This document shows, piece after piece, positions 17,774-28,421 of a DNA stretch of 63,841 bases (position 1 is the stretch's first letter; every line of letters starts with the position of its first letter). The notes beneath the pieces were generated by a model, which saw only the letters and a list, made by a program, of their open reading frames with translations, was not told where the DNA came from and made no database searches. The position numbers were made by a program, and so were the translations under genes. The stretch comes from Minisyncoccota bacterium (GTDB lineage Bacteria; Patescibacteriota; Minisyncoccia; Phycocordibacterales; JACOZG01), in the NCBI GenBank assembly GCA_020057185.1, contig JAGVGK010000005.1, positions 1 through 63,841 of the forward strand, read 5' to 3'.

Positions 17774-18605
17774 TATCAGGCGCCATCGGATGCCTGCCGA
17801 TTAAATAATCTAAAAGAGTTAAGGGGGCGAGAATAAAAATAAAAGCCACTTGCCATAATTGGTATAATTGCCGACTACCAAAAGACAAAACTAGCGATAG
17901 CCAACGACCCAAAATAGAAACCAAAGCCGTGGTTGGCCCCCAAGCCGAGCCACTTTCTTTTATTTGAAAACCATTCAGCAATTCCTTCATACCGAATTCG
18001 GTCCATCGGAAATAATCCCCGGGTGAAGCATGGTAACCAAGCATAAATGGAGTTACTACATACAAGAGACCTTCTGACTTAAGAACTCGACGTATTTCCG
18101 TTACCGCTTCCTGGGGATAAATTAGATGCTCTAAAACTGACTCGCAAATAACTGCATCGACCGAATTATCCTTAAAAGGAAGATCGTAAACATCGCCAAC
18201 GATTTGAGTCCCGATAAATTGGTCATAGTCAAGATTTATAACATCTTTACCAACCTTTTTAACCCCAGAACCAATATTTAAGATTATAGATTGACCAGGT
18301 AGAGAAGAGATGACTTCCTTCGCCGATCTGCCAATGAAGGTGGCCGATAAATGATAGAGAATGTTAAAAAAAATAGGGTTTGTTTTTACCCAAGCCTTAA
18401 GACGCAAGGTGGTATAATCATGTTCTGCCTTACTTAGAACCTGACTTGAGAGTCTGTCCCCCAACTCTGCCTTGCGGAAAAAGATTGAATTGTTTTTTGT
18501 TGGATATTTTTTTTGGCATTTAGCACACATAATGATTTCATTTGTCACACTCAAATTACCATGACAAATTACGCACCGTAGGACTGATATAAACTTTACT
18601 GACAT
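17736..18605 (-). CDS. Methyltransferase type 11 with N-terminal Trm112-like zinc ribbon
   Basis: CVIC...CAKC; LNIGSG; LPFKDNSVD; VLEH. Confidence 0.85.
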   Translation of the reverse strand: MSVKFISVLRCVICHGNLSVTNEIIMCAKCQKKYPTKNNSIFFRKAELGDRLSSQVLSKAEHDYTTLRLKAWVKTNPIFFNILYHLSATFIGRSAKEVISSLPGQSIILNIGSGVKKVGKDVINLDYDQFIGTQIVGDVYDLPFKDNSVDAVICESVLEHLIYPQEAVTEIRRVLKSEGLLYVVTPFMLGYHASPGDYFRWTEFGMKELLNGFQIKESGSAWGPTTALVSILGRWLSLVLSFGSRQLYQLWQVAFIFILAPLTLLDYLIGRHPMAPDNAHGLYFITYKK

Positions 18606-18619
18606 TCTATAAATTTAAA

Positions 18620-19354
18620 TCACTTGACCCACTTAGCAAAATCTTGTAAAAATTGATCCACGACTTCATCGGTTTTAAAGTGCGAAGCCATAACAGAAAA
18701 AAATTTTGGAGGGACAGTGACAATGTGAGCTCCGGCTATGCCCGCGTCGATTATATCCTTAACTCCTCGAATTGAACCGACAATTATTTCTGCTTTGAGC
18801 TTTTGTCGATCGATTATTTCTCTCGTTTTTTTGACAACAATAGCGGGGTCAAAATCTTCCTCACTAAGAATTCCGTCTCTTATTGACTGCTCATATTGCT
18901 TCTTAAATTTGTTATCATTTTTACCATCTCTAATTCTTCCCCAAAACAAACTGACAAATTTTGCTCCAGCTTGGGCTGCTAAAATTGCCTGACCGACAGT
19001 CATACAAGCTGTACAGTTAACAGAAACTCCTTCTTCTGATAACCGGTGGATTATCTCCAACTCATCCCAACCAATCTGGACTTTAACACTAAGCGAAGGT
19101 AACTTAAAAATTTTCTTGAATCTTCGTGCTTGACATAAAATTTTTTTACTATCCTGAGAAAATACTTCGACACTCAGATGGGCCTTGCTGTTGTATCGTC
19201 TGATTAAGCTCACTATTTTTGAGATATGCTTTTCAAACTCAACTTTTGGTTCTTTGGCTAATAGGGATGGGTTAGTTGTTACCCCTCGTACGATACCACG
19301 TTTAAACGCTTTTTCTATATCCTCCAAATTAGCACTATCAATAAATAATTTCAT
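18620..19354 (-). CDS. tal: Transaldolase family protein (TalC/FSA type)
   Basis: LFIDSA, GVTTNPSL, VNCT, SLFWGR, GSIR. Confidence 0.9.
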   Translation of the reverse strand: MKLFIDSANLEDIEKAFKRGIVRGVTTNPSLLAKEPKVEFEKHISKIVSLIRRYNSKAHLSVEVFSQDSKKILCQARRFKKIFKLPSLSVKVQIGWDELEIIHRLSEEGVSVNCTACMTVGQAILAAQAGAKFVSLFWGRIRDGKNDNKFKKQYEQSIRDGILSEEDFDPAIVVKKTREIIDRQKLKAEIIVGSIRGVKDIIDAGIAGAHIVTVPPKFFSVMASHFKTDEVVDQFLQDFAKWVK

Positions 19355-19995
19355 TTTGAATGTTTTTTCTTTTTAGATAACTTAGTCTGACTAATTAAAT
19401 CTTTTAGGCGAAAAACTATCAAGTGATGCAAAACCACGTGGAAGGATTCCACGTGGGGTGTACTTTCTGCCGGTACTACCACGCAAGTTTGAACTAAATT
19501 TTTCATTGGGCCACCGTCAAAACCAGAGAATCCAATGGTTGAACCCCCTATATCTTTAGCGAACTGGAGACCGCGCAACAAGTTCTGCGACCAAGCACCG
19601 ACCTTATCTTTGCCCGAACCGCCATGAACACTGATGCCAATGACCACACTTTTAGGCATCCAGTAATTTCTTAATTGGGTGATAAAAAGATTTTCCCATC
19701 CCCAATCGTTAGTCGTAGCGCTAACCAGGGGAATATTATCAACCAAGGCGATCGCCTTAATTCCATGATGCATAGGATCATCATTCACTGTCTTGGCTAA
19801 ATCGCTCGCAAAATGTGTCGCGGTTGAAGCAGAGCCACCATTACCCATTAAAAACACCCATCTATGGTTTTTCCAAGCATCAAACAAGATATCAACAATC
19901 TTTGTAATCTGAGTCTCTTGCTCCTTCAATTTTTCTGCAATAAGTTTAGACTCATCAAAATAAGAGTGGACATACGAACGGTTAATCTTTAACAT
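19351..19995 (-). CDS. gmhA: Sedoheptulose-7-phosphate isomerase (SIS domain)
   Basis: GNGGSASTATHF, ND, GFDGG, VESFH. Confidence 0.85.
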   Translation of the reverse strand: MLKINRSYVHSYFDESKLIAEKLKEQETQITKIVDILFDAWKNHRWVFLMGNGGSASTATHFASDLAKTVNDDPMHHGIKAIALVDNIPLVSATTNDWGWENLFITQLRNYWMPKSVVIGISVHGGSGKDKVGAWSQNLLRGLQFAKDIGGSTIGFSGFDGGPMKNLVQTCVVVPAESTPHVESFHVVLHHLIVFRLKDLISQTKLSKKKKHSK

Positions 19996-20053
19996 ATTCT
20001 ATTGATTTTACTACCTCCACAAGAATAAAGCAATCTCTATCTCTCTTCATCAC

Positions 20054-21052
20054 CTATAAACTAAGAACCCTGTGTCTAGCCCCCAATGGATCTAAATTGA
20101 AAAACATTTCTTTCATTCTCGAAGTTTTTAAGACTTGTCGAACATTATTTTTCACTTTTTTTGATCCACAGTAAAACATAAAGTACCCGCCACCACCGGC
20201 ACCCATTATTTTTCCACCGAGTGCGCCGGCTCTTTTTGCTTTCTCATAAATCTCATCAAAAATAGGATTGGATATTTGTCCCGAAATTTCCCTTTTTATT
20301 CTCCAGTGATCATCGAGCAATGTTCCAAAAGATTCTAGGTCACCAGTTTTAAAAGATTCATATATTTCTAAACCAATAGATTTTGTTTTATGTTTGAGCT
20401 CTAACGCCTTTTTATTATCCTGGGCTACAAGGATTTTTGAACTATCTCGCTTTACTCCAGTATAAAAAAATAATGTATTGTCAAAAAATTTTTTACTAAT
20501 TTCTTCTTCTATCTTCGGTTTTGTTATTTTGATGTTTCCATCTTTACTAATATTCAAAGCAGTAAATCCCCCCATGGAACAAAGATAGGGGTCTTGAGGA
20601 CCATCTGGTAATCCTAATTTTCTGGTGATAGAAAAAGATTTTTCCGCTGCGATCTTATTACTAATTTTTTTGCCGGCGAAAACACTTAGCCCTTTTAGCA
20701 AAGCAACGACACAGGCTCCAGAAGAACCGAGACCAGTGCCAGCCGGAGTATCTGCCTTGAATGAGATTGCCACTGAATTATTGATACCGAGGGCTAAAAG
20801 AGCTTCTCTTGCTAATTCATGTTCAACTTTTTTAGGATGATCGACTGTCTCGAATTGACGATAATGGACATGGATTAAGTTATCCGATTTGGTGCTTTTA
20901 ATTAAGATGTCCATGTAAAGATTAATGGTGACACCAAACACAAAACCTCCGTATTTCCTGTAATACGAAGGAAGATCTGTTGACCCTCCACCGAGAGAAA
21001 TTCTGAAAGGAACACGGACCAAAATTATAGGCGAGTTCATATCTATATCCAA
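20054..21052 (-). CDS. hddA: D-glycero-alpha-D-manno-heptose-7-phosphate kinase (GHMP family)
   Basis: PFRISLGGGSTD, PAGTGLGSSG, GKIMGAGGGG. Confidence 0.85.
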   Translation of the reverse strand: MDIDMNSPIILVRVPFRISLGGGSTDLPSYYRKYGGFVFGVTINLYMDILIKSTKSDNLIHVHYRQFETVDHPKKVEHELAREALLALGINNSVAISFKADTPAGTGLGSSGACVVALLKGLSVFAGKKISNKIAAEKSFSITRKLGLPDGPQDPYLCSMGGFTALNISKDGNIKITKPKIEEEISKKFFDNTLFFYTGVKRDSSKILVAQDNKKALELKHKTKSIGLEIYESFKTGDLESFGTLLDDHWRIKREISGQISNPIFDEIYEKAKRAGALGGKIMGAGGGGYFMFYCGSKKVKNNVRQVLKTSRMKEMFFNLDPLGARHRVLSL

Positions 21053-21103
21053 TTAAACATAGCAAAATAAGTAATAAATGTCTAAGTTAATTCGATGTCA
21101 ACG

Positions 21104-21661
21104 TCAACTGGATTTCCTAGTCGAAAAAACAATTTCTTCCGCCTCAAAGATAGATTTTATGTTAAAATCGGCTTTCGAGCATTCATCCTCAGTTTTTTTT
21201 TGAATAAAAATTGTTTTGCAACCAACATTTTTCCCCACTTGAATATCAGTTAGGCTATCACCAATAAAAAAAGATTCCCTTAGGTTGATTTTCCATTTCT
21301 TTACTGCATCTAAGATCATACCTGGTTTGGGTTTACGACATAGACATTTTCGATTACGTCCATGCGGGCAAACATAAATATCGTCAACTGGCATTTTTTT
21401 AAGAAATCTAGTTATTTTTTTGTGTTCAATAATATTTAGCAATTTATATTCCAAATCAGGTTGATTGGTAATTATTATGCGCAAAAAACCTTTCTGTCCC
21501 AGACGATCAAGAAAGGGAACGATTCCCGCCTTGATCCTTAACTCAGAAAATTTCCAAGGAGCTGTAAAACGAACTTTTTTACCAGCTATCTGGCAATTTT
21601 CTCCTCGGTAAACAAGGTTGTTTATTGTGCCATCTCGATCGAAAAATACTGCCTTATTCAT
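21104..21661 (-). CDS. gmhB: Heptose-1,7-bisphosphate phosphatase (HAD IIIA)
   Basis: FFDRDGT, TNQ, CPH...C.CRKPKPGM, GDSLTD. Confidence 0.9.
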   Translation of the reverse strand: MNKAVFFDRDGTINNLVYRGENCQIAGKKVRFTAPWKFSELRIKAGIVPFLDRLGQKGFLRIIITNQPDLEYKLLNIIEHKKITRFLKKMPVDDIYVCPHGRNRKCLCRKPKPGMILDAVKKWKINLRESFFIGDSLTDIQVGKNVGCKTIFIQKKTEDECSKADFNIKSIFEAEEIVFSTRKSS

Positions 21662-23639
21662 TTTTTATTCTTTTTAAAATATCTTTACCGGTAGTAACAC
21701 TTGTAATTACCTTCCCACCGAGCACCGAATAACAACCAAACCCATGATAAGTCACTTCGCTAGGGCGGGAATCATTTTTCTTGGAAGATTTGCCAACTGG
21801 TAAAATCGAGTACATTGATTTAACATATTCAGCTCTATCTAAAATAGGAAACCATTTTTTGCATCTATCTCTCATTTTTCCCCAAAGAGAACACTTCGGT
21901 AGTTTTTTCATAATGATTTTATTTCCCCTTTGTCCATTGCCTATTGCCCTAATAGACAAGGGAACATCGCCGAATGTAAACAATTCATTCTCGCCAGTGG
22001 TTACAATAGTCGCAAATGGCCCATCAACAATCGTTGCTGAAAATGGTGATTGTTTAGGAATACGAATCAAAATAACTTCCTTAAACCTGAGCTCAATATC
22101 TTTTTTAGCAAAGCCAAGCCAATTAGGTAATAAATTATAATTGGAATAGGTGCAATTAATTACGTAATCGAAGCTTCCATTTTTTTTCATACAACCGTTC
22201 GTAAAATATAATTTCTTTTGGCCATCAGGCATTAATTCAGAATTGGTTACTGAGGAGTTTAATTTTAAAACTATCTTTTTCTTTTTTAATTTTTTTGTAA
22301 TGATGTCAAATAAAGTTTTGTAATTATATATTCCCTCTTTTACTCTAAAACAACCGTCAATACTATTTCCATTGATTATCTTACTATCTGGCACAACATC
22401 TTCACATGGAAGATCAAAATTTGAGCAAAATTTGATGAAATCTTTTTTGGAAGTTAGAGAGTTTTTCTTTGCAACACAATAATAGCTTTTAAAATCATGT
22501 TTTACTGCCTTTCCGTACCACTCTTCAAAATCCTTTGTGGCGTTAACAATTTCTTGGACCGTTTCTGGACTGCGCGGGTAATGATAGCCCGAATGATGCC
22601 GATATTGATTCAACCGGGTAGCTTCTAACAATAGGTTTTTATTTTTTTCAAAAAGAGTCACTTCAAAATTATCACTTAGGGCTATAGCTGCAGTAACTCC
22701 AAAAATGCCTCCACCGATTACTGCCACCCTGTCTTTATCACGATTCGAACTTTTGGTCACCAAATTTGTGGTGCTAACAACTCTTTCTCCCACGACCCCA
22801 TCTGGATATGGAATATCACTATTATTAATTAGCCTTAAAAAAGTCTCGAGTTCGGATTTCAATGGTTCCTTAGCCAACAGGCAAACAATTTTTCTGTTAG
22901 TTTTTACCCCCTTCAGAATAATTATCCCTGTCTGAAAATCTATCGTGAGACATTCATCCTTGAAATTAAATTTTAATAATCTTTCTTTAATTTTATCCAA
23001 CCAGCCCACATTAAAATTGGCATCAATATTATTTGAATATCTTATACTTGTTTTTATAAAACTCTTTCCTCTGCTCGACCAAACCTTACACACCCTTGAG
23101 TTGAAAAAATAATCCATCATATCCCACCAGTGTAATTCTTCAAATGCCGGCTTCTCTCCGCGCCAAGTGTTTATTGGGCTTACAAATGATCCTTCTACGC
23201 TTATCGGTAACGGTCTTTTTTTGAGTATTTTTTTAATAGCCTCAACCGCTGGATGGAATCTAAAAATGTGTCCAACCATTAATTTGTTGTTCGTCTTCTT
23301 TGCTAATTCAATTAATTTTCTCGCTTGTTTACTATTTTCTACGAGCGGTTTTTCTACAAAAACATTGCAAAATTTAATACACCGGCTTACAAGTTCGAAA
23401 TGGGTACTGCTTGGTGTAACAACAATGACAGCATCTGCCATTTTTAACAAACTAGTCAATACACTAGTAAAAACAGGAAAAATTATTTTGGAAGACAATT
23501 CGCGCGCGCTCTTTTCTTTATCCACAATTACAGCAATAAATTCAATCACACCCCTAGCGTGGAAATCCGAGAGAATTCTTAGATGATTCTTACCAAATCT
23601 TCCAGCCCCGATGAGAATAATTTTGGGGGGTTGAGTCAT
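21654..23639 (-). CDS. Fusion of Gfo/Idh/MocA oxidoreductase and FAD-dependent oxidoreductase
   Basis: N-terminal IGAGRFG, VFVEKP, VGHIFRF; C-terminal VAVIGGGIFG, NQYRHHSGYHYPRS, DGPF, GK. Confidence 0.85.
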   Translation of the reverse strand: MTQPPKIILIGAGRFGKNHLRILSDFHARGVIEFIAVIVDKEKSARELSSKIIFPVFTSVLTSLLKMADAVIVVTPSSTHFELVSRCIKFCNVFVEKPLVENSKQARKLIELAKKTNNKLMVGHIFRFHPAVEAIKKILKKRPLPISVEGSFVSPINTWRGEKPAFEELHWWDMMDYFFNSRVCKVWSSRGKSFIKTSIRYSNNIDANFNVGWLDKIKERLLKFNFKDECLTIDFQTGIIILKGVKTNRKIVCLLAKEPLKSELETFLRLINNSDIPYPDGVVGERVVSTTNLVTKSSNRDKDRVAVIGGGIFGVTAAIALSDNFEVTLFEKNKNLLLEATRLNQYRHHSGYHYPRSPETVQEIVNATKDFEEWYGKAVKHDFKSYYCVAKKNSLTSKKDFIKFCSNFDLPCEDVVPDSKIINGNSIDGCFRVKEGIYNYKTLFDIITKKLKKKKIVLKLNSSVTNSELMPDGQKKLYFTNGCMKKNGSFDYVINCTYSNYNLLPNWLGFAKKDIELRFKEVILIRIPKQSPFSATIVDGPFATIVTTGENELFTFGDVPLSIRAIGNGQRGNKIIMKKLPKCSLWGKMRDRCKKWFPILDRAEYVKSMYSILPVGKSSKKNDSRPSEVTYHGFGCYSVLGGKVITSVTTGKDILKRIKNE

Positions 23640-23640
23640 T

Positions 23641-24573
23641 TTATTTGTTTTGTATTATTTCTTTTATCATATAAGGAGAAGACTGTTTTAGATCATAGTG
23701 TAAACGAAGCAACATTTCAGCCAGAAATCCAATCATGAAAAGTAACACGGCTAAAATAGTAAATAATGTACCAACAATCGGCAATGGTGTCTCTGTAAAA
23801 TTTAATACCCCCGCCAGCCTCAAAGCAATAGCAATAATAAAAGAAATTGCTGCCATTATCCCAGAAATTAACCCTAGCCCGCCAAAAAAACGGAGGGGAC
23901 GAGCAAAATAACGAACGAAAAATACGATCCCCAACAAATCAAAAATACCTCTAACCATATTCATTATTCTAATTTTAGAAACCCCAATTTCTCTAGGATA
24001 ATGAGGAACTGGCACTTCAGTAATTTTTGCTCCCCGTTGTTTGGCCACTGCTGGAAGAAAAACCTGTGCTTCACCCCATAAACGAAAATCTTTTATAAAA
24101 CTAGTTCGATATACCTTAAGACCGCAACCAAAATCATGTATATCTAAATTGAGTAATTTACGAGCAATAAAATTTGCTAATTTAGAAAAAATTTTTCTAG
24201 TCCAATGATCTTTTCTTATTTGTCTCCACCCGACAACAACATCGTAACCTTGATTGATCTTGTTTAATAACAAAAGAATGTCCTCAGGATCGTTCTGAAG
24301 GTCAGCATCAATAAGTACAACGATATCGCCGTTTGCATGGCTAATTCCTACATCTAATGCTGCAGTTTGGCCATAATTGCGCTGTAGAGTAATTAAATTT
24401 AAAGGAGTAATTGCTCTGCCAATTTCTTCCGTTTTATCTTGAGAACCATCATTGACAAAAATAATTTCAAATGGCAGATTAACACGATCCATTGCTTTGA
24501 TAATACGAGAATGTAGGTTTTTTAGGAGCTTCTCTTCGTTAAAAATTGGTACAACGACTGATATTTTGTTCAT
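23641..24573 (-). CDS. GT2 polyprenol-phosphate glycosyltransferase (ArnC/GtrB-like)
   Basis: VVPIFNEE, NDGSQD, DADLQNDP, two C-terminal TM helices. Confidence 0.92.
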   Translation of the reverse strand: MNKISVVVPIFNEEKLLKNLHSRIIKAMDRVNLPFEIIFVNDGSQDKTEEIGRAITPLNLITLQRNYGQTAALDVGISHANGDIVVLIDADLQNDPEDILLLLNKINQGYDVVVGWRQIRKDHWTRKIFSKLANFIARKLLNLDIHDFGCGLKVYRTSFIKDFRLWGEAQVFLPAVAKQRGAKITEVPVPHYPREIGVSKIRIMNMVRGIFDLLGIVFFVRYFARPLRFFGGLGLISGIMAAISFIIAIALRLAGVLNFTETPLPIVGTLFTILAVLLFMIGFLAEMLLRLHYDLKQSSPYMIKEIIQNK

Positions 24574-24600
24574 ATTGATCTAAATATACAGAAAATAAAA

Positions 24601-24635
24601 GAAAAAGAAAGGACGAGGTTTATCACCACGTCCTT
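24601..24635 (-). terminator. Intrinsic terminator after the radical SAM gene
   Basis: AAGGACG..CGTCCTT stem followed by a T-rich run on the minus strand. Confidence 0.65.
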
Positions 24636-24655
24636 GTTTTGATATTCTCCTATAA

Positions 24656-26182
24656 TTATCTATCTTGCCAACGAGCTCCAATACTTGCTTTTAAACGCAT
24701 TGCTACATGTTGAGGTGTATTTATCTCTCGCCATGCTAAATCACGCAACTCAACAATACGTTCAGCTGGAACAACGGTATTCCTCATTACTGCGTTTTTC
24801 CAGTTAAAACTATCGGGATCAAAATTTCGATCGAGGTTCCCTCCAGCAACCGCGATCTCAAACAAACTACTACCCGGGAAAGGAATTGGGATAAAAAACG
24901 TGCAGTACTCAGCCCCCGCTTCAACGAGTCTTTTCGCCAGCAAAATACTTTGTCTCATTTCAACTTCTGTTTCGTCCGGAAAACCAATCATCATATTGAT
25001 CGGGCAAATTATTCCAGCTCGTCTAGCTAAGCGCACTAATTCAACGACATCTAGAGTTTCCAGATTAAGTTTAGCTGTCGCGTACTTGTCCAAAATGCGC
25101 TGAGAACCAGACTCAACAGGGAAAACGATTTGGGCAAAACCTGACTCGGCCAACAATTCAAGATACTCCCTATCAATCACCAATCGGCTGTTCTCTCGCT
25201 TCAGAAAATGAACCAGGTTTACCCCATTGACATCAGCTATGCTTAGGCCACGACCAACCACTGAGCTGAAAATTTGACGAACTCGTTCTTTTTTTGCCAA
25301 AAGACTGTCGTCCTCAAAAAAGAGTTTTCCTACCCCAAGTTCTTTCAGCCGATCGATCTCTTCAATCACTCTTTCAACTGATTTGAGCCGAAGTGAACCA
25401 ATATCTCCAACTTCTTCGACCATACTTTTTTCCCTTGAGATGTGGCAAAAAGAGCACCGAAAGGGACATCCACGAGACGTCATGATCGGGGCATAACGTT
25501 TTTGTTGGTCAGATGAAACACCGTGGGGTGAGGAAATTTGGTCATAATGTCGAAATGGTAACTTCTTCCAAGCGGGGAAGGGCAGATCATCCAAATTAAC
25601 AGTTATGTCCCCTGGCCTTGCCGGCCTCCTCACGATCTGTCCGGTCGCCTCTTGAAACGCGATTCCGTGTAAATGTCTGGGGTCTTCATTGCCCCGCCAA
25701 GTTTGAGCAATCATGGGAATGATCCGTTCTCCCTCTGTCAGACAAATTTGATCGACATTGCCTTCAGCAAAAAACCTGTTGAGCAAATTACGAGCGTTAA
25801 CACCTCCAGCCACTACCAAGATACCGGGGTCAACCGACTTAACAATGGAAGCAACTTCAAGCGCCATCCTCGTTTGGGGAGTAAAATTTGAATTAATCCC
25901 AACTAATCCATAGTCTCCCTTCGATACCACTTCGGCAATCCGATCCGGAGACATTCCAATTCTCGTAAGACCGTTAGATAACCTCACACTCCGGTAAAAT
26001 GTCTCCTCTAAAGAATCATCTACCGTCCCCACGGAAGCGTCAAGAACATCAACAGAAAACCCTGCCAGTTCCAATGCCCCGGCCAAATACAGTGGTCCAA
26101 GGGACCCATCTGGTCGTGGGGTTTCAATTTCCATGAGTTGATTCGGTGGGTAAATTAGCAATACACGATTTCGATTTAGCAT
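24656..26182 (-). CDS. B12-binding (class B) radical SAM enzyme
   Basis: N-terminal cobalamin-binding domain (LLIYPP, LGPLYLA, GG); TSRGCPFRCSFC; ESGSQRIL; IGFPDET; SD GGGAGG. Confidence 0.92.
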   Translation of the reverse strand: MLNRNRVLLIYPPNQLMEIETPRPDGSLGPLYLAGALELAGFSVDVLDASVGTVDDSLEETFYRSVRLSNGLTRIGMSPDRIAEVVSKGDYGLVGINSNFTPQTRMALEVASIVKSVDPGILVVAGGVNARNLLNRFFAEGNVDQICLTEGERIIPMIAQTWRGNEDPRHLHGIAFQEATGQIVRRPARPGDITVNLDDLPFPAWKKLPFRHYDQISSPHGVSSDQQKRYAPIMTSRGCPFRCSFCHISREKSMVEEVGDIGSLRLKSVERVIEEIDRLKELGVGKLFFEDDSLLAKKERVRQIFSSVVGRGLSIADVNGVNLVHFLKRENSRLVIDREYLELLAESGFAQIVFPVESGSQRILDKYATAKLNLETLDVVELVRLARRAGIICPINMMIGFPDETEVEMRQSILLAKRLVEAGAEYCTFFIPIPFPGSSLFEIAVAGGNLDRNFDPDSFNWKNAVMRNTVVPAERIVELRDLAWREINTPQHVAMRLKASIGARWQDR

Positions 26183-26236
26183 CGAGATTCCTCCCTTTCA
26201 AAGAACTAATTTCTGTTCACAAGCTCTTTTATTAGA

Positions 26237-26911
26237 TTACTTTCTATTATTAAACTTGTCAATATCGTAGACTGTTGAAAAGGAAAGATTATCAACCCCT
26301 GGAATTAAATATACATCATTAGTGTGAATAAACTCAGACATCATATCAGTAAGATATATTTCCTTTGCATGACAAACAACAATTTGATAATTAAAAATAT
26401 CAGAGCTAGCTAAAATTAAACCACCAGCCACTAAATTAGAAGTTGGCATTTTCGGTTTTTCAGTAATTGAAGAAATTCTTCCCGCTTTATCTAAAGTTAT
26501 CACTGCTGAATTTTGAGGATAATCGAAATGACGACAAAGCCAACTAAATTCATGGACCAAGCAATGTTCAACATCTTGTTTGGTTAAAAGCTCATCACCA
26601 TAGACAATAAAAAAACGCTCGTGATCAGAAAAGTATTTCTTAGCCAACAATAAGGCCGGTCCTGTCCCGTTTAATGTTTCTTGCCTCTCGAATTTAAAAG
26701 ACATTCCATAATATTTTTTGTTGAGGAAATCTATGATTTGATCACCGCGATAGCCAACTACGACTATTATCTCATCAACGAAATCTATTAAGGATTCAAC
26801 AATATGCTCCAAGAAACTTCGTCCCGAAATTTTTACCAACGGTTTAGGAATTTTATCCGTTAATGGTCTCATCCTACTCCCCCTGCCTGCGGCTAAAATA
26901 ACTGCTTTCAT
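26237..26911 (-). CDS. Sugar-phosphate nucleotidyltransferase (possible HddC role)
   Basis: ILAAGRGSRMRPLT..PKPL, YGD, EKP. Confidence 0.88.
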   Translation of the reverse strand: MKAVILAAGRGSRMRPLTDKIPKPLVKISGRSFLEHIVESLIDFVDEIIVVVGYRGDQIIDFLNKKYYGMSFKFERQETLNGTGPALLLAKKYFSDHERFFIVYGDELLTKQDVEHCLVHEFSWLCRHFDYPQNSAVITLDKAGRISSITEKPKMPTSNLVAGGLILASSDIFNYQIVVCHAKEIYLTDMMSEFIHTNDVYLIPGVDNLSFSTVYDIDKFNNRK

Positions 26912-27322
26912 TTATTGATTCCGATGGTTAAAAACAAAAATTTTACTAAAGAAAAAACTAACCATCGACATTCCACCGGCCACCAAGGTTACAGATAATA
27001 GGTAGTGCATCCCTAAAACTGATGTCAAAAAATAGATAAAGAAAAAACCTATTGGAGACGATGCCAGATAGAACGACATATTTTTGATATACGACCCCCA
27101 GAGGTTAGGAAGATTACCATGAGAAAAAGTGATTGAGCGATTAAACAAGAAAAATGTTGTCCAACTTACGATCGCCCCAATTATGGCAGAAAATAAATAC
27201 CACAATCCCAAAATATTAACTAGGATAAATGTAACGAAAATATTTACAAGAAATGAGATCACACCGCCTAAAATGAAAGCTGTCACTTGTTTTCGCATCG
27301 ATAAATTATTTAGAAATCCCAT
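26912..27322 (-). CDS. GtrA family membrane protein
   Basis: Four TM helices, F..NRSITF pattern. Confidence 0.85.
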   Translation of the reverse strand: MGFLNNLSMRKQVTAFILGGVISFLVNIFVTFILVNILGLWYLFSAIIGAIVSWTTFFLFNRSITFSHGNLPNLWGSYIKNMSFYLASSPIGFFFIYFLTSVLGMHYLLSVTLVAGGMSMVSFFFSKIFVFNHRNQ

Positions 27323-28416
27323 TTTTGTAAAACTGAAAAAATCCGTTCGGTGACTTGATCATCCCATAATGGAATCCGTCGGGGTTGAAAATTTGTATCG
27401 TTCAAATGAGCCATAATTTCGCTTGGAACGGCCTGTTCAACCGAGAATAATTTATTGGACCCCAACTCTAAAGTAATTGGTCGTTCAGTATTGTCACGCA
27501 GTGTAGCACAAGGTATTCCCAAATGAGAAGTTTCCTCTTGAATCCCCCCTGAATCAGTAAGTACGCCTAAACTAAATTTAATTAATTGTATAAAATCGAA
27601 ATAACCCAAGGGGTCAATCACCTGAAAAGGAACAAGTAATTTACCTAAACCGTAACTGATAATTTGTTTTTTTGTCCCAGGGTGTAGTGGTAAAACTATT
27701 TTTTTATTTTTACTTAATTCAACCAACAAGCATAAGATTTTTTTTATCTGGACTAAACTATCGGTATTCTCCTGCCTGTGGATAGTTGTTAAAATATATT
27801 CCTTGGGTTTCAAATTTAATCTGTTAAGAATATCCGAAGCATCAATTTTGTCTTTAAAAATTTCCAAAGATTCAATCATAATATTACCCACCAAATGAAT
27901 TTTTTTATCTTTTACTCCTTCTCGATGTAAGTTCTCGACCCCCGACGGTTCGGAAACAAAAAGTAAATTGGACAAATGGTCAATGATCGCTCGATTTATC
28001 TCTTCTGGCATCCGGCGATCATGGCTACGCAATCCGGCCTCAATATGAACAAGGGGGAGTCGTCGTTTAACACTTGCTAGCGCCCCTGCTAAAGTAGAAT
28101 TAACATCGCCAAAAATCACTACCCCATCAAATTTATGTTGTTTAAAAACATCTTTTAAGGAATCAAACATTAAACCGATTTTTTCCGTGTGTTTTTCTCC
28201 TTTCATTTCCAAAATAATCTCTGGCCTAGGAATACCCAACTCATCAAAAAAAACTTTCGACATCTGCTGGTCAAAATGCTGACCCGTGTGAACCCCCGTA
28301 AATTTAAACTGTGGATAATTTCGGGCTCGACGAAAAAAAGGGGCGGCTTTAATGAAATTAGGTCGAGCGCCAACAATGACTGCAAAATTGGGTACAGATT
28401 TTTTCAAAAAAAACAT
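27310..28416 (-). CDS. wecB: UDP-N-acetylglucosamine 2-epimerase (non-hydrolysing)
   Basis: GARPNFIK, HTGQH, GDVNST, HIEAGLRS, PEEINR, TDSGGIQEE. Confidence 0.95.
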   Translation of the reverse strand: MFFLKKSVPNFAVIVGARPNFIKAAPFFRRARNYPQFKFTGVHTGQHFDQQMSKVFFDELGIPRPEIILEMKGEKHTEKIGLMFDSLKDVFKQHKFDGVVIFGDVNSTLAGALASVKRRLPLVHIEAGLRSHDRRMPEEINRAIIDHLSNLLFVSEPSGVENLHREGVKDKKIHLVGNIMIESLEIFKDKIDASDILNRLNLKPKEYILTTIHRQENTDSLVQIKKILCLLVELSKNKKIVLPLHPGTKKQIISYGLGKLLVPFQVIDPLGYFDFIQLIKFSLGVLTDSGGIQEETSHLGIPCATLRDNTERPITLELGSNKLFSVEQAVPSEIMAHLNDTNFQPRRIPLWDDQVTERIFSVLQKWDF

Positions 28417-28421
28417 AGGGA

